Position numbers and translations under genes: made by a program | The notes under the pieces: generated by a model | Databases searched by the model: none | What the model was told of the DNA's origin: nothing | The model's input: the letters and a program-made list of their open reading frames with translations, nothing else | Origin: Phaeosaccion multiseriatum | Lineage: Eukaryota; Protista; Ochrophyta, other classes | Direction: 5' to 3' | Assembly (NCBI GenBank): GCA_965112735.1 | Contig: OZ218961.1 | Location: 2,356,001-2,420,000, forward strand | DNA: 64,000 nt | Part shown: piece by piece, positions 23,702-34,567 of the stretch | Numbering within the stretch: position 1 is the stretch's first letter | Layout of the letters: the number at the start of each line of letters is the position of its first letter

Positions 23702-24423
23702 GTCTTTCGCGGCCCCACGCTGGATGACTGCTTGACACTTATGATGTGCCGCGCGTGGCACAGATCGGGGGGAAGAAGCGCTTTTGCTTTCCTCAGCGAA
23801 GCCTGGAACGACGAGAGAAGGGAAGGGGGAGGGGGGGTGACAGGAGGGAACCGACACGCAGTGTGAGCAAAAGGTGGCATCGGTGCCTCGCCTGCTGTTG
23901 AGCCTTTGCCGAGACCCCCCCCCAAGAGCCAAAAGGTGTGGAGGGCAAGTTTACTTCGATGGACTCCACCACCATCTCCCAACACGGCCTCGACTGCTCT
24001 AAGCCTCCTCCAGCCTGCACTCTTCAGCGCCACACCCTACCTGCTGCTTGGTCGAAGAGGGACGGAGGGATAATTATGGAGGGGAAAACGAATAATTATG
24101 GAGGGGGATGAAAGAAAAAGAAAAACATTGAGCGACAGGCAAGTTGGTTGCTCGGAGTCGGCCCTGTGATCAGCCAGAGGGCGTTTGCTTGGCCAGCCAG
24201 ACAACAGCTCTCTGCCTGGGTGGTCACTCTTCCCTCAAGCATCCCACCTACGACCCTTCCCTCTTTGTGCTGCACTCTATCTCATGTTGTCTGCGGCCAT
24301 TCGCCCATTCTGTTGCTGGCTGCTGCTGATGTGCAGACACTTGTTGGCTGACTTCAACGAGCAGCAACGTAGTTCTTTTTTTTAGTACCTGTACTTGTTC
24401 CACAGCAATCGAGGAGTTGTGGG

Positions 24424-24495
24424 CCTGACCCCGACGCTGACCCTGACCCTGACCCTGACCCTGACCCTGACCCTGACCCTAACCCTGACCCTGAC
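24424..24495 (+). repeat. Telomere-like (CCCTGA)n tract, unit 3 (~12 copies)
   Basis: Read directly from the sequence. Confidence 0.95.
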
Positions 24496-24790
24496 GTTCA
24501 GCGTCAATGAAGCATCGCTATCTGCTATGACTCCTATGCTTGTCTCGTCCGACTCTACAATGTACTCTATCACGGTGGGAGGGAAGGAGGAGTGGGCAGT
24601 GTGTGAGCCTCTCTTCAACGCTGCGGAGGGAGAGGGGCGCGGTGCTGCTCGATCAAGCACTTCGCAGAGGGAAAGCGCCAAATCTGGTTATATTACTATG
24701 AAGTAAGACAATAAGCCGCTATCTATGGCACCGTGTGCGAAACTAGGCGGTGCTTTACCCAGGAGGGGCCGCGCTGTCTGCCCTGGTCAC

Positions 24791-25858
24791 TCAGTCCTCG
24801 CAGTCGCAGGGGTGACCATTGGCGTGCACCCACTGCTTCATCTCCTCGAAGGCGGCAGGGGCCATCTCCCGTCCACTACCGACATATGTGTATTTCATTA
24901 CTTGTGGGCATGCCCACCTGTCCCAGGGACACATGACCTCCTCCGATCGGAGCCACTTCAGCACAGAGAGGCTCTTGGCGAAATAAACTGCACGAAAGCA
25001 GACCTCTGCATCCCACCAGCACAGCTCCCGTGCGTTTGCATGGAGCCACTGCAGCACTTCCACATTGCCTTCCTCGGCCGCGATGCGAGCCCCCCACCAC
25101 CACCAGCTGCGGTTAACTGCCGCCTCCATCTCAGCTCGGACCTTCGGATGATGCAAAAGCATGCCCAACGCTCGAATATGCCCCGCACTTACAGCCTCCG
25201 TCCATATAACAAATTTAGGAGGGCCCTCAAACTCGTCGGACAGCAGCCACGTAAGAACCTCCACATTGCCGCACTTGCCAGCTTCGCGACAAATCAACTT
25301 CTGATCCCAAGGGTACCGCTCCTTGTTCGGCAGGTCCTCCACTCGCAGCCATTGGAGGATGCTCAGTCCGTGCCTTTCATTCCTCACCGCAACCACGCAA
25401 ACGGACCAACCCCAGGCACACCCCATGCTGTGAAGAGCCTTGCAAATACTCACATCTCCGTACTGTGCCGCAGCTTTAAAAGTCAACACACTCAGCTTAT
25501 ACCCGCACTTCCTGGCCCACCTCAAACGCTCCACAGACTCAACCACACTCCTGATCCGCGTTGTCTTGGCCGGATGGAGTCGTCTGTAGCGGCCCTTCCA
25601 CTCCTTGCTCACCGCCGATATAAACAAGTCCTGGCCCCCACCAGTCCATTCCATTACACTGATGAGAAGTACAGCCTGGGCCAGGGCCTGTTCACAAGCT
25701 TCGAAGGTTTGAGCATCGCTTCCCTCGCCTCCAGGAAGGGCAGCGGGAACGGGAGAAGCTGCCACGGCGGCGCTGCAACCTTGCGCCTCCACCGAGGAGT
25801 CGATGGGTGGGGCTGGCTGGAGCCTTTTGCCACCCTGCTTTCGGCTCGGTCCGTCCAT
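24791..25858 (-). CDS. F-box-like/ankyrin-like repeat protein, copy 3 (355 aa)
   Basis: Paralogue of copy 1; intact ORF. Confidence 0.85.
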   Translation of the reverse strand: MDGPSRKQGGKRLQPAPPIDSSVEAQGCSAAVAASPVPAALPGGEGSDAQTFEACEQALAQAVLLISVMEWTGGGQDLFISAVSKEWKGRYRRLHPAKTTRIRSVVESVERLRWARKCGYKLSVLTFKAAAQYGDVSICKALHSMGCAWGWSVCVVAVRNERHGLSILQWLRVEDLPNKERYPWDQKLICREAGKCGNVEVLTWLLSDEFEGPPKFVIWTEAVSAGHIRALGMLLHHPKVRAEMEAAVNRSWWWWGARIAAEEGNVEVLQWLHANARELCWWDAEVCFRAVYFAKSLSVLKWLRSEEVMCPWDRWACPQVMKYTYVGSGREMAPAAFEEMKQWVHANGHPCDCED

Positions 25859-26562
25859 GTCTTTCGCGGCCCCACTCTGGATGACTGCTTGACACGTATG
25901 GCGCGCGGCACGGATCGGGGGGGAGAAGCGCTTTTGCTTTCCTCAGCGAAGCCTGGTACGACGAGGGAAGGGAAGGGGGAGGGAGGATGACAGGAGGGAA
26001 ATGACACGCAGTGTGAGCAAAAGGCGGCATCGGTATCTCCCCTGCTGTTGGGCCTTTGTGGAGACGCCCCTCGAAGAGCCGAAGAGTGCGGAGGGCAAGT
26101 TTACTTCGATGGACTCGATCACCATCTCCCAGCACGGCCTCGACTGCTGTAAGCGTCCTCCAGCCTGCACTCTTCAGCGCCACATCCTACCTGCTGCTTG
26201 GTCGAAGAGGGACACGGAGGGACTTTTGCTTTTTGCTTTTTTTTTTGAGAGGACCATACAGGAAAGTTGGTTGCTCGGAGTCGGCCCTGTGATCAGAGAG
26301 TTTTTGGGTTTTTGGTGTCGGCCTTGCTTTCTTGGCTGCAGCCTTGCAGCTCTCTGCCTGGGTGGTCACTGTTCCCTCAAGCAGCCCACCTACGACCCCC
26401 CCTCTTTGTGCACTCTATCTCATGCTGTCTGTGGCCATTCGTCCCTTCTGTTGTGCTGCTGTTGTTGTGCAGACAGCCACTTGATTTCAACCCCCAGGAC
26501 ACAATTCTTATTATTAGTCCTGTAGTACTTTACCTATTCCAGAGCGGTCGAAGAGTCGTGGG

Positions 26563-26781
26563 CCTGACCCTGACCCTGACCCTGACCCTGACCCTAACCC
26601 TGACCCTGACCCTGACCCTGACCCTGACCCTGACCCTGACCCTGGCCCTGACCCTGGCCCTGACCCTGACCCTGACCCTGACCCTGACCTTGACCCTGAC
26701 CCTGACCCTGACCCTGACCCTGACCCTGACCCTGACCCTGATCCTGATGCTGACCCTGACCCTGATGACCCTGACCCTGAC
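26563..26781 (+). repeat. Telomere-like (CCCTGA)n tract, unit 4 (~36 copies)
   Basis: Read directly from the sequence. Confidence 0.95.
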
Positions 26782-27076
26782 GTTCAGCGTCAATGAAGCA
26801 TCGCTGTCTGCTATGACTCCTATGCTTGTCTCGTCCGACTCTACAATGTACTCTATCACCACGGTGGGAGGGAAGGAGGAGTGGGCAGTGTGTGAGCCTC
26901 TCTTCAGCGCTGCGGAGGGAGGGGCGCGGTGCTGCTCGATCAAGCACTTCGCAGAGGGAAAGCGCCAAGTCTGCTTATATTACTACGAAGTAAGACATAA
27001 CCCGCTATCGATGGCACCGTGTGCGAAACTAGGCGGTGCTTTACCCAGGAGGGGCCGCGCTGTCTGCCCTGGTCAC

Positions 27077-28144
27077 TCAGTCCTCGCAGTCGCAGGGGTG
27101 ACCATTGGCGTGCACCCACTGCTTCATCTCCTCAAAGGCGGCAGGGGGCATATCCCAATCACGACCGCCATATTCGTCTTTCACGACTTGTGGGCATGCA
27201 TACCTGGTCCAGGGACACATGACCTCCTCCGATCGGAGCCACTTCAGCACAGAAAGGCTCTTGGCGGAATAAACTGCAAAAAAAAAGACATTTGCATCCC
27301 ACCTGCACAGCTCCCGTGCGTTTGCATGCAGCCACTGCAGCACTTCCAGATTGCCTTCGTGGGCCGCCCAAAAAGCCCCATCCCTCCACCCGCTCCTGTC
27401 ATCTGCCGCCTCCATCTCAGCTCTGACCTTGGGATGATGCAAAAGCATGCCCAACGCTCGAATGAGCCCCGCCCTTACAGCCTGCACCCACATGACATAT
27501 TCAGGAGGGCCCTCAAACTCGTCGGACAGCAGCCACGTAAGAACCTCCACATTGCCGCACTTGCCAGCTTCGCAACAAATCAACGTCTGATCCCAAGGGC
27601 ACCGCTTCTTGTTCGGCAGGTCCTCCACTCGCAGCCATTGGAGGATGCTCAGTCCGTGCCTTTCATTCCTCACCGCAACCACGCAAACGGACCAACCCCA
27701 GGCACAGCCCAGGCTGTGAAGAGCCTTGCAAATACTCACATCTCCGTACTGTGCCGCAGCTTTAAAAGTCAACACACTCAGCTTATACCCGCACTTCCTG
27801 GCCCACCTCAAGCGCTCCACAGACTCAACCACACTCCTGACCCGCGTTGTCTTGGCCGGATGGAGACGTCTGTAGTGGCCCTTCCACTCCTTGCTCACCG
27901 CCGATATAAACAAGTCCTGGCCCCCACCAGTCCACTCCATCACACTGATGAGAAGGACAGCCTGGGCCAGGGCCTGTTCACAAGCTTCGAAGGTTTGAGC
28001 ATCGCTTCCCTCGCCTCCAGCAAGGGCAGCGGGAAAGGGAGGAGCTGCCACGGCGGCACTGCAACCTTGCGCCTCCACCGAGGAGTCGATGGGTGGGGCT
28101 GGCTTGAGCCTTTTGCCACCCTGCTTTCGGCTCGGTCCGTCCAT
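27077..28144 (-). CDS. F-box-like/ankyrin-like repeat protein, copy 4 (355 aa from the shared ATG)
   Basis: Paralogue of copy 1; intact ORF. Confidence 0.85.
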   Translation of the reverse strand: MDGPSRKQGGKRLKPAPPIDSSVEAQGCSAAVAAPPFPAALAGGEGSDAQTFEACEQALAQAVLLISVMEWTGGGQDLFISAVSKEWKGHYRRLHPAKTTRVRSVVESVERLRWARKCGYKLSVLTFKAAAQYGDVSICKALHSLGCAWGWSVCVVAVRNERHGLSILQWLRVEDLPNKKRCPWDQTLICCEAGKCGNVEVLTWLLSDEFEGPPEYVMWVQAVRAGLIRALGMLLHHPKVRAEMEAADDRSGWRDGAFWAAHEGNLEVLQWLHANARELCRWDANVFFFAVYSAKSLSVLKWLRSEEVMCPWTRYACPQVVKDEYGGRDWDMPPAAFEEMKQWVHANGHPCDCED

Positions 28145-28797
28145 GTCTTTCGCGGCCCCACGCTGGACGACTGTTTTGACACGTATGATGTGCCGCGCGC
28201 GGCACGGATCGGGGGGAAGAAGCGCTTTTGCTTTCCTCAGCGAAGCCTGGTACGACGAGGGAAGGGAAGGGGGAGGGAGGATGACAGGAGGGAAATGACA
28301 CGCAGTGTGAGCAAAAGGCGGCATCGGTGCCTCCCCTGCTGTTGGGCCTTTGCCGAGACCCCCCCCGAAGAGCCGAAGAGTGCGGAGGGCAAGTTTACTT
28401 CGATGGACTCGATAACCATCTCCCAGCACGGCCTCGACTGCTGTAAGCGTCCTCCAGCCTGCACTCTTCAGCGCCACATCCTACCTGCTGCTTGGTCGAA
28501 GAGGGACGGAGGGATAATTATGGAGGGGGAATGAAAAAATATTGAGCGACATACAGGCAAGTTGGTTGCTCGGAGTCGGCCCTGTGATCAGAGGGCGTTT
28601 GGTGGGATTGCTCATAATTCGGCAAGCTCTCGCCGCCCAGTCATTGTGGAAGGACCCTCAACTGAGGACCATAAACTCAGTCTTCTTCCCAACCTTCTAA
28701 TTACTGATTAAACCCGTCCGTCTCTTCAGGTATGCAATGCTTCCATTCGCGAAAGGCGAAGCAAAAAGCACACGCATGCAAGCGTCACCAACCGCCC

Positions 28798-31700
28798 TCA
28801 GGGGCTGAGTCTGTTGGGGTCTCTGGGGAACATGGACGCTTTTCGAACGTTATCAAGCCCTAGGTACAGGAAGACCACCCGCTCCAGTCCGATGCCCGCC
28901 CCTCCGTGCGGAGGGCAGCCGCTCTAACACACGGAATGGAGTACATGTAGGTGGGAAGGCGTGATGGACGGTGTGGAGCGTAGCAGCAGCGATGTAGGGG
29001 AGTGAAAGTGGAAAAAACGAGAGGGGAGGAGAGAGGAAGGGGGGGTGGTGTGGGAGAGGATGAGTGATCGCCTCCCCGCTAGGTCAAAGACGGTGAGCAG
29101 GGCAGGCATTCCAGAGAAAAGGTCAGGGGTGACAGACATGCCTCCCATCCATCCGAGAGAGAGAGATAGAGAGGGGGGGGGGGGGAGGGGGACAAGAAGG
29201 AGAGAGGTCGCGAGAGGCAGAGAGGCACAGCAGCGGCAAGAAACGGTACAAAACAAAAAAAACACGGTAAAAAAAAAGCCAGGCTATTTCACACTCCTCG
29301 ACTCACTTCAAAGGCCGCAATGTAGTCTTTCAGCGGCTCGACGGGCACCTCCTTCTCCGCGAGAATGCTCCTCAGCAAGGCGGGATCGTGGCATCGCTGC
29401 GCCCCTGAGCAAATCTCCTGCCCCCTCAAAAACAAATCGTAACTGTTGGAGAAACGCTTGTCGTCCGGGCAAGGCATGGTATAAAACGGTCGAATGGCGG
29501 AAGGGTACCGGTCCAGCATGAAGAAATCCGCCGAGAATTTCTCGCGAACAATCTCCCCCAGTTTGAGCTCTTGGGCCCCATTCAAATCGTCAAATTCCTG
29601 CCCCGGCTCGAGCATGTCTGCCTCTCGGAGCCAAGCCATGGCGTCATCCCAGTGCACGATGCAAGGTTCCTCGGTGAAGAGCACGGGTTCGGATGCGAAC
29701 TGCTCCCGAATCGTCGCCAGCTGACATGTTTCGTGGTTGTGTGTGTGTGTGTGTGTGTGGGAAGCAAGCAGGCAAGGCAGGAGGGGCGAGCTTGGTGTGG
29801 TGGTGGTGCAGTGTGCGTAGGGGAAGCAAGCCATGGGACCGAGCTTGTACGTGCGGGAGTGCCTTGTCCATGGCATACAACATTCTCCCTCTCCCTCTCC
29901 CTCCCTCTCCCCTCTCTCTCTCCCCTCTCTCCCTCTCCCCTCTCTCCCTTCCTCTCTCCCTCCCTCCACCCGTCCCCACCACATCCCTCCTTCCCTCCCT
30001 TCCCTCCCTCCCTCCCCTCCCTCCCTCCCTCCCTCCCTCCCTCCCTCCCTCCATCCATCCCTCCTGCCCTCCCTCCTTCCCTCCGTCGCTCCGTCCCTCC
30101 CTCCCTCCCTCCCCTTCCTCACCTCCTTACTGAAGCGCTCCTCCAACCCCTCAAACATGTGCTTGAATGCCCGATGCAAGATGACCAACACCTCCTCATA
30201 GTGCTCCCCAATGGCCATCTCGAGGTCCAGCCCTGTAAACTCACACAAATGGCGACGCGTGTGCGAGTTCTCCGCGCGGAACACCGGACCCACCTATACC
30301 ACCCGACCACAAATAACATTACATGAGAGATTGGTGCATAGATAGATGGATGGATGGACAGATGGAGCCATGATTGATTGGCGTAAGAGGGGATGGCAGC
30401 GGAAGTGGAGGCGGGCGGAGGGGATGCACGTGAACGAGTGAGTCTGACTGCACGACGTGACAGCCGACGCCTCCCTCCCTCCCTCCCTCCCTTCCTCCCT
30501 CCCTCCGTCCCTCCGTCCCTCCGTCCCTCCGTCCCTCCCTCCCTCCCTCCCTCGCTCTCTCTCTCGGACACCGTGGTGATAGGTCACGCTCCGAATAGAA
30601 AGAAAGAGAGCGTGCGAGTCACCAACCAAGTCGAGTCGAATCACACGCACCTCAAACACACGGTCCAAATCGCCACTAATTGCCATCTGCTTGTAGAGTT
30701 GGGGCGATTGCGCCAGACACGCGGTGGTGCCAAAGTAGTCAGTGCGGAATACGCCCGCTCCGCCCTCCGACTCCCCCGGCAGCAGCTTTGGCGTGTGGAT
30801 CTCCATAAAGCCCTGGTCAGAAGGAAGAGGGGAGGTAGACAGTACGGACAAGTGACGGTGAGCGTCAGGCAATGATGAAATGGTTTCCGTTGTGGCGTGT
30901 GCGTGCACACAAGTGAGAGAGGCAGAGGGACGGGGTACAGCACGTAGGGAGAGAGGGAGTGAGGGTATGGCGAAGGAAGCCCTTTCCTTCCCTCTCTCCC
31001 TCCCTCCCTCCACCCCTTCCTCCCTCTCTTCCCCCCCCCGCTCCCTCGCCCCCCTCCTCTCCCCCCTCCTCCCCCTTCTCCTCTCCTCCCCTCCCTCCCT
31101 CCCCCTCTCCTCCCTCCCTCCCCCGCCTCCCTCTCCTCCCTCCCTCCTCCCTCCCTCCTCCCTCCCTCCTCCCTCCCTCCTCCCTCCCTCACCTCCTTGT
31201 AGAGCGCCTCTCTGAACAGCTGACACACGGCACTCTGCACCCTCATGATGGCGTTGTTGGCGGGTGTGCGCAGGTCGAGCCAGCGATTGTCCAGCCGGAG
31301 CTCCTGTTGCACACACGCACGTACGCACACACGCACACACACACGCACGCACGCACACACGCATGCACACACGCACGTACGCACACACGCATGCACACAC
31401 GCATGCATGCACCCACGCACGTGCAAAACACGGTAGGGAGGGGAGTAAATGGCACAGGTCAGACGGAGAAGCAGGAGAAGCACGCGCACCCATCGGTTTT
31501 CGAATGAGAGGCAACATGCCGTGATGGCCCTCACCCTCAGCCTGACCCTCACCCTCGCCCTCGCCCTGATCTTATCCTACCCTCCTCTCATCCTCACCCT
31601 GACCCTCACCCTCTGACCCTGACCCTGACCCCGACCCTGACCCTGATCCTGACCCTGACCCTCTGACCCTGACCCTGACCCCGACCCTGACCCTGACCCC

Positions 31701-33924
31701 GACCCTGACCCTGACCCTGACCCTGACCCTGACCCTGACCCTGACCCTCACCGCGACCAAAACCCTCACCCTCACCCTAACCCGACAACGCACCTGTCCC
31801 AAGCGAGGGAAGGGCCTCTCGGTGTCAGCGCTTGCCTCCACCTCTGCCTCGCTCCTCGCGGCATCGTCCACAAGGAAGGGCAGAATAGGCTGAGCGCGGG
31901 ACACGCAGTGCGCACGGGAGATTTGGAGCTCCACGTTTCCCTGCGTTAGGGGGGGGGGGGGGGGTTTAAGTATGTCAGTAAGTCTGTGAGTGGAAGGAAG
32001 GAAGGAAGGACGTCAGTCGTTCGCACCCTTCCACACCTCTTGCTCACCACCACCCACCTGCGAGCAGCTCTTGACGTCCGCCTCCACAAGCGTCCCCTGC
32101 ACGTCCACCACGCTCTCCACCGGCAGGCTGCCCATATACTTGATCACCATCTTGCTGCCCTCAGGGTCCTCCTTGCTCTTGAAACAGACCGCCTGCAACG
32201 TAGCCCCTCCGCCCTGTCGCAGGACGGCAAACACGGAGCCTCCCTTGCCGCGCACCGTGTAAATCCTGCCTCGTACCCACACCTCTTCCCCTGCTTGGGG
32301 TCCTCCTTCCACCCCAAGTGTGGATAGGTCTGAGAAGGTGCGCCCTGAGGGATCGTTGTGGGAGGCGATGGTGGCGTAGTCTCCTACGATTTGATCGGGA
32401 GAGGCTGTTGAGAGTGGGGAGTATGGGGGCGAGGGGAGGGGAGGGGAGGAGGAGGAGGAGGAGGAGGAGGAGGAGGAGGAGCTCCATCGCGTGAGGGAAA
32501 GCAGCAGAGTGGTGGGCATGTCGTTGGACGGACCACATTTCACCCCCCCCCCCCATCCTATCATTCAACGAGGTAAGGAAGGAGGTGTGTGAGGAAGGGT
32601 GTGTGCGGGAGGGACGTCGTGGGAGCGCTTGAGGACGCGGAAACCCCCTGGGGTGTGTCACAAGTTTCACACACGTTCCATCATGTTCGTCTCCTCCACA
32701 TCCCACCAACACCAACAGGTGTCCAGTAACGGCATACCACCGTACCACCAACCTCTATACCACCGTACGAATGCCATGCCATGCCATCCAATGCCATCCA
32801 CTTATCACCACTTACCTACGCCCCTCGCCCCGTATGTGACGGGCAGCAGCTTGGCGAGCGGGTCGTTTTGCTGCTGCTGCTGTTGCTGCTTGGCCCGCTT
32901 GGCTGCCGCTTTGGCCTCTTTCTCGGCCTTTTGAGCAGCCTTACGCGCCTCCTTCTCCTCCTTGGCCTGAGATGGATGGCAGCCCACGGCACATCAATGA
33001 GCACAAAGAAAGCAAAGTCGCAACAAACAAATCCCTTGCAAGTGCTGTGTGTAGGGAATTTCCCCTTCTGTGTGTAGTTGCACTGCCTAGGAAGACCCCT
33101 CTCACCCCCCCAACCTGGTTGTGCGGGGTTTTGTCTCTCCCCCATCCCCTCTGTCTCACCTTGTCTTTGGGGTCGAAGGATTCACCTGTCACCTCCTTAT
33201 ACTGCCCCTTCAGCTCTAGAAGGCGGTCGATGTGCGGTTTCAAGACCTCCTTCGTCGCACTTCCTCCCTCCTTGATGGCCCTGATCTCGAGCCCTACCGC
33301 CGCTATTTGGTCCGCAATCGCCTGAGCCTCGCTGGAAAGCGTCACCGTAGCGTCACTCTCACTCCCATCCCCTCCACTGCTGCTAGAAGTGGACGTGTGA
33401 AGAGCACTGCCCTTACTCCTGCTTCCCCATCCTGAGCCCTCTGCCCTTGCCTTTCCGTAGGAATAGGCCATCTGTCCGTGCCACTGGCGGCGAGTACTGC
33501 AATCGCGGCTCTCACGACACATAGACCTGCTTCTCGCCATCAACGGTCTCACCCCTCGCTCATCCGTCACAAAGGGTCGCAGCTGGGCTGTGGCTCCTGC
33601 TACTGCCCCCCTTTCTCGTCCCGCCCTTCTGCCCCCTCTGCATGCCTTCTCGTGCTGCTGGCGACAGTCTCCCTCTGCCATCGCCGGTACTGCATTTGGA
33701 CCCAGTCCTCCCTGAAAAGCTAACAAGGACGCGGGCTTTGAGCGCGCCACATGCACTAACGAACCCAAGCCCCTCCTTCCTGAGGCTGTGGCCGCTGCTG
33801 AAGCGGTGCTACTGGCCGTCGCAAACATCACGAGCACAGCTGCTGCTCCTGCTGCGCCTGCCGCTGAAGCTACTGACGATTGACGCGGCATTACAATATA
33901 CACTGTACTGCCGCTGCATCCCAT
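28798..33924 (-). CDS. DARS1: Aspartyl-tRNA synthetase, eukaryotic cytosolic type, with long N-terminal extension and WHEP domain; multi-exon
   Basis: OB-fold [14 protein letters not shown]; [11 protein letters not shown]; [10 protein letters not shown]; [11 protein letters not shown]; motif 2 [22 protein letters not shown]; RPFYTMP; [11 protein letters not shown]. The last exon (28923-28798) reads [41 protein letters not shown]. Confidence 0.96.
31527..31782 (+). repeat. (CCCTGA/CCCTCA)n telomere-like tract inside an AspRS intron
   Basis: Read directly from the sequence. Confidence 0.9.
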
Positions 33925-34567
33925 TGTCGATCGACGATCCGGAGGATCGTGACCCCGAGTTTCAGTTGACAGTCTCGTCGACTCTGCGCGCCCTAAACAA
34001 AAAAGAAGATGATTAGACGAGAAAGACCCGTGATCGCTTGTCTACTATCAGGTCTTTGAGTTATCTTGTCCGCAGCGAACTGGGCGCTTGTTGTGGAAAG
34101 AAAGGGGGCCAGAGCAACCTCCCGCGGATCTCTCTTTTGGGCGGGGAACGATCACAAGACGAACACTCACACTCAGACGGCAATAGAGGCTGTAGAGGCT
34201 GTAGCGAAGCAGTTCAAGGACGGCACAACCGCGGCGATATTGAATCTCACAGTAGCAAGGAGGAGTGCTGGGTCAGCTTGCCGAAGAGCGAGCAGGAGGA
34301 CACTTAGGACTTTTCTGACAGGGTCCCCTCAAGAGGAGCCATTTATCGAACTGTATGCGTGCAGCGGACTCTTGGTGCGCTCGCTGCTGGTGGGGATACG
34401 CAGGCTGGAGGAGGAGGGAGGAGAGTGAGGCAGTAAGAGTGACGAAGAAGATCAATCCAGGACGGTGACAGATCTGGCGAAAGAAGACATCTGGCGGAAG
34501 GAAGGGTTGACGTGTGGTGAAGGCGGTAAAGTGGGCCAGCAGTAAGTGTATCTCTCTGCAGTCTACC
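33925..34567. promoter_or_regulatory. Putative bidirectional promoter between AspRS and ABCA
   Basis: Divergent ATGs at 33924 (-) and 34568 (+). Confidence 0.4.

Larger units (their letters stand above)
15692..28604. repeat. Head-to-tail tandem array of four ~2.2-kb units (spacer + (CCCTGA)n + ankyrin-like gene + upstream region), with a ~4-kb insertion between units 1 and 2
   Basis: The same flanking sequences recur at matching offsets, e.g. ATGGCACCGTGTGCGAAACTAGG at 16281, 22568, 24725 and 27011, and AAGTTGGTTGCTCGGAGTCGGCCCTGTGATCAG near 17842, 24141, 26264 and 28559. Gene spacing is 2157 and 2286 bp for units 2-3-4. Confidence 0.97.

Noticed and set aside
23702-23932. N-terminal extensions of ankyrin copies 2 and 4 (starts at 23932 and 28477)
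   Set aside because: These are non-ATG starts, and the reading frames are not conserved between copies. The shared ATG (MDGPSRK) was used instead.
16306-28534. Long + strand ORFs (428, 432, 421 and 755 aa) antisense to all four ankyrin genes
   Set aside because: They are in exact codon register with the sense genes, so they stay open whenever TTA/CTA/TCA codons are avoided, as expected in GC-rich genes. The 755-aa one simply reads through the stop-free CCCTGA tract.
15692-28604. Diversity-generating retroelement as the source of variation
   Set aside because: There is no reverse transcriptase and no template/variable repeat pair, and the differences are not restricted to adenines.
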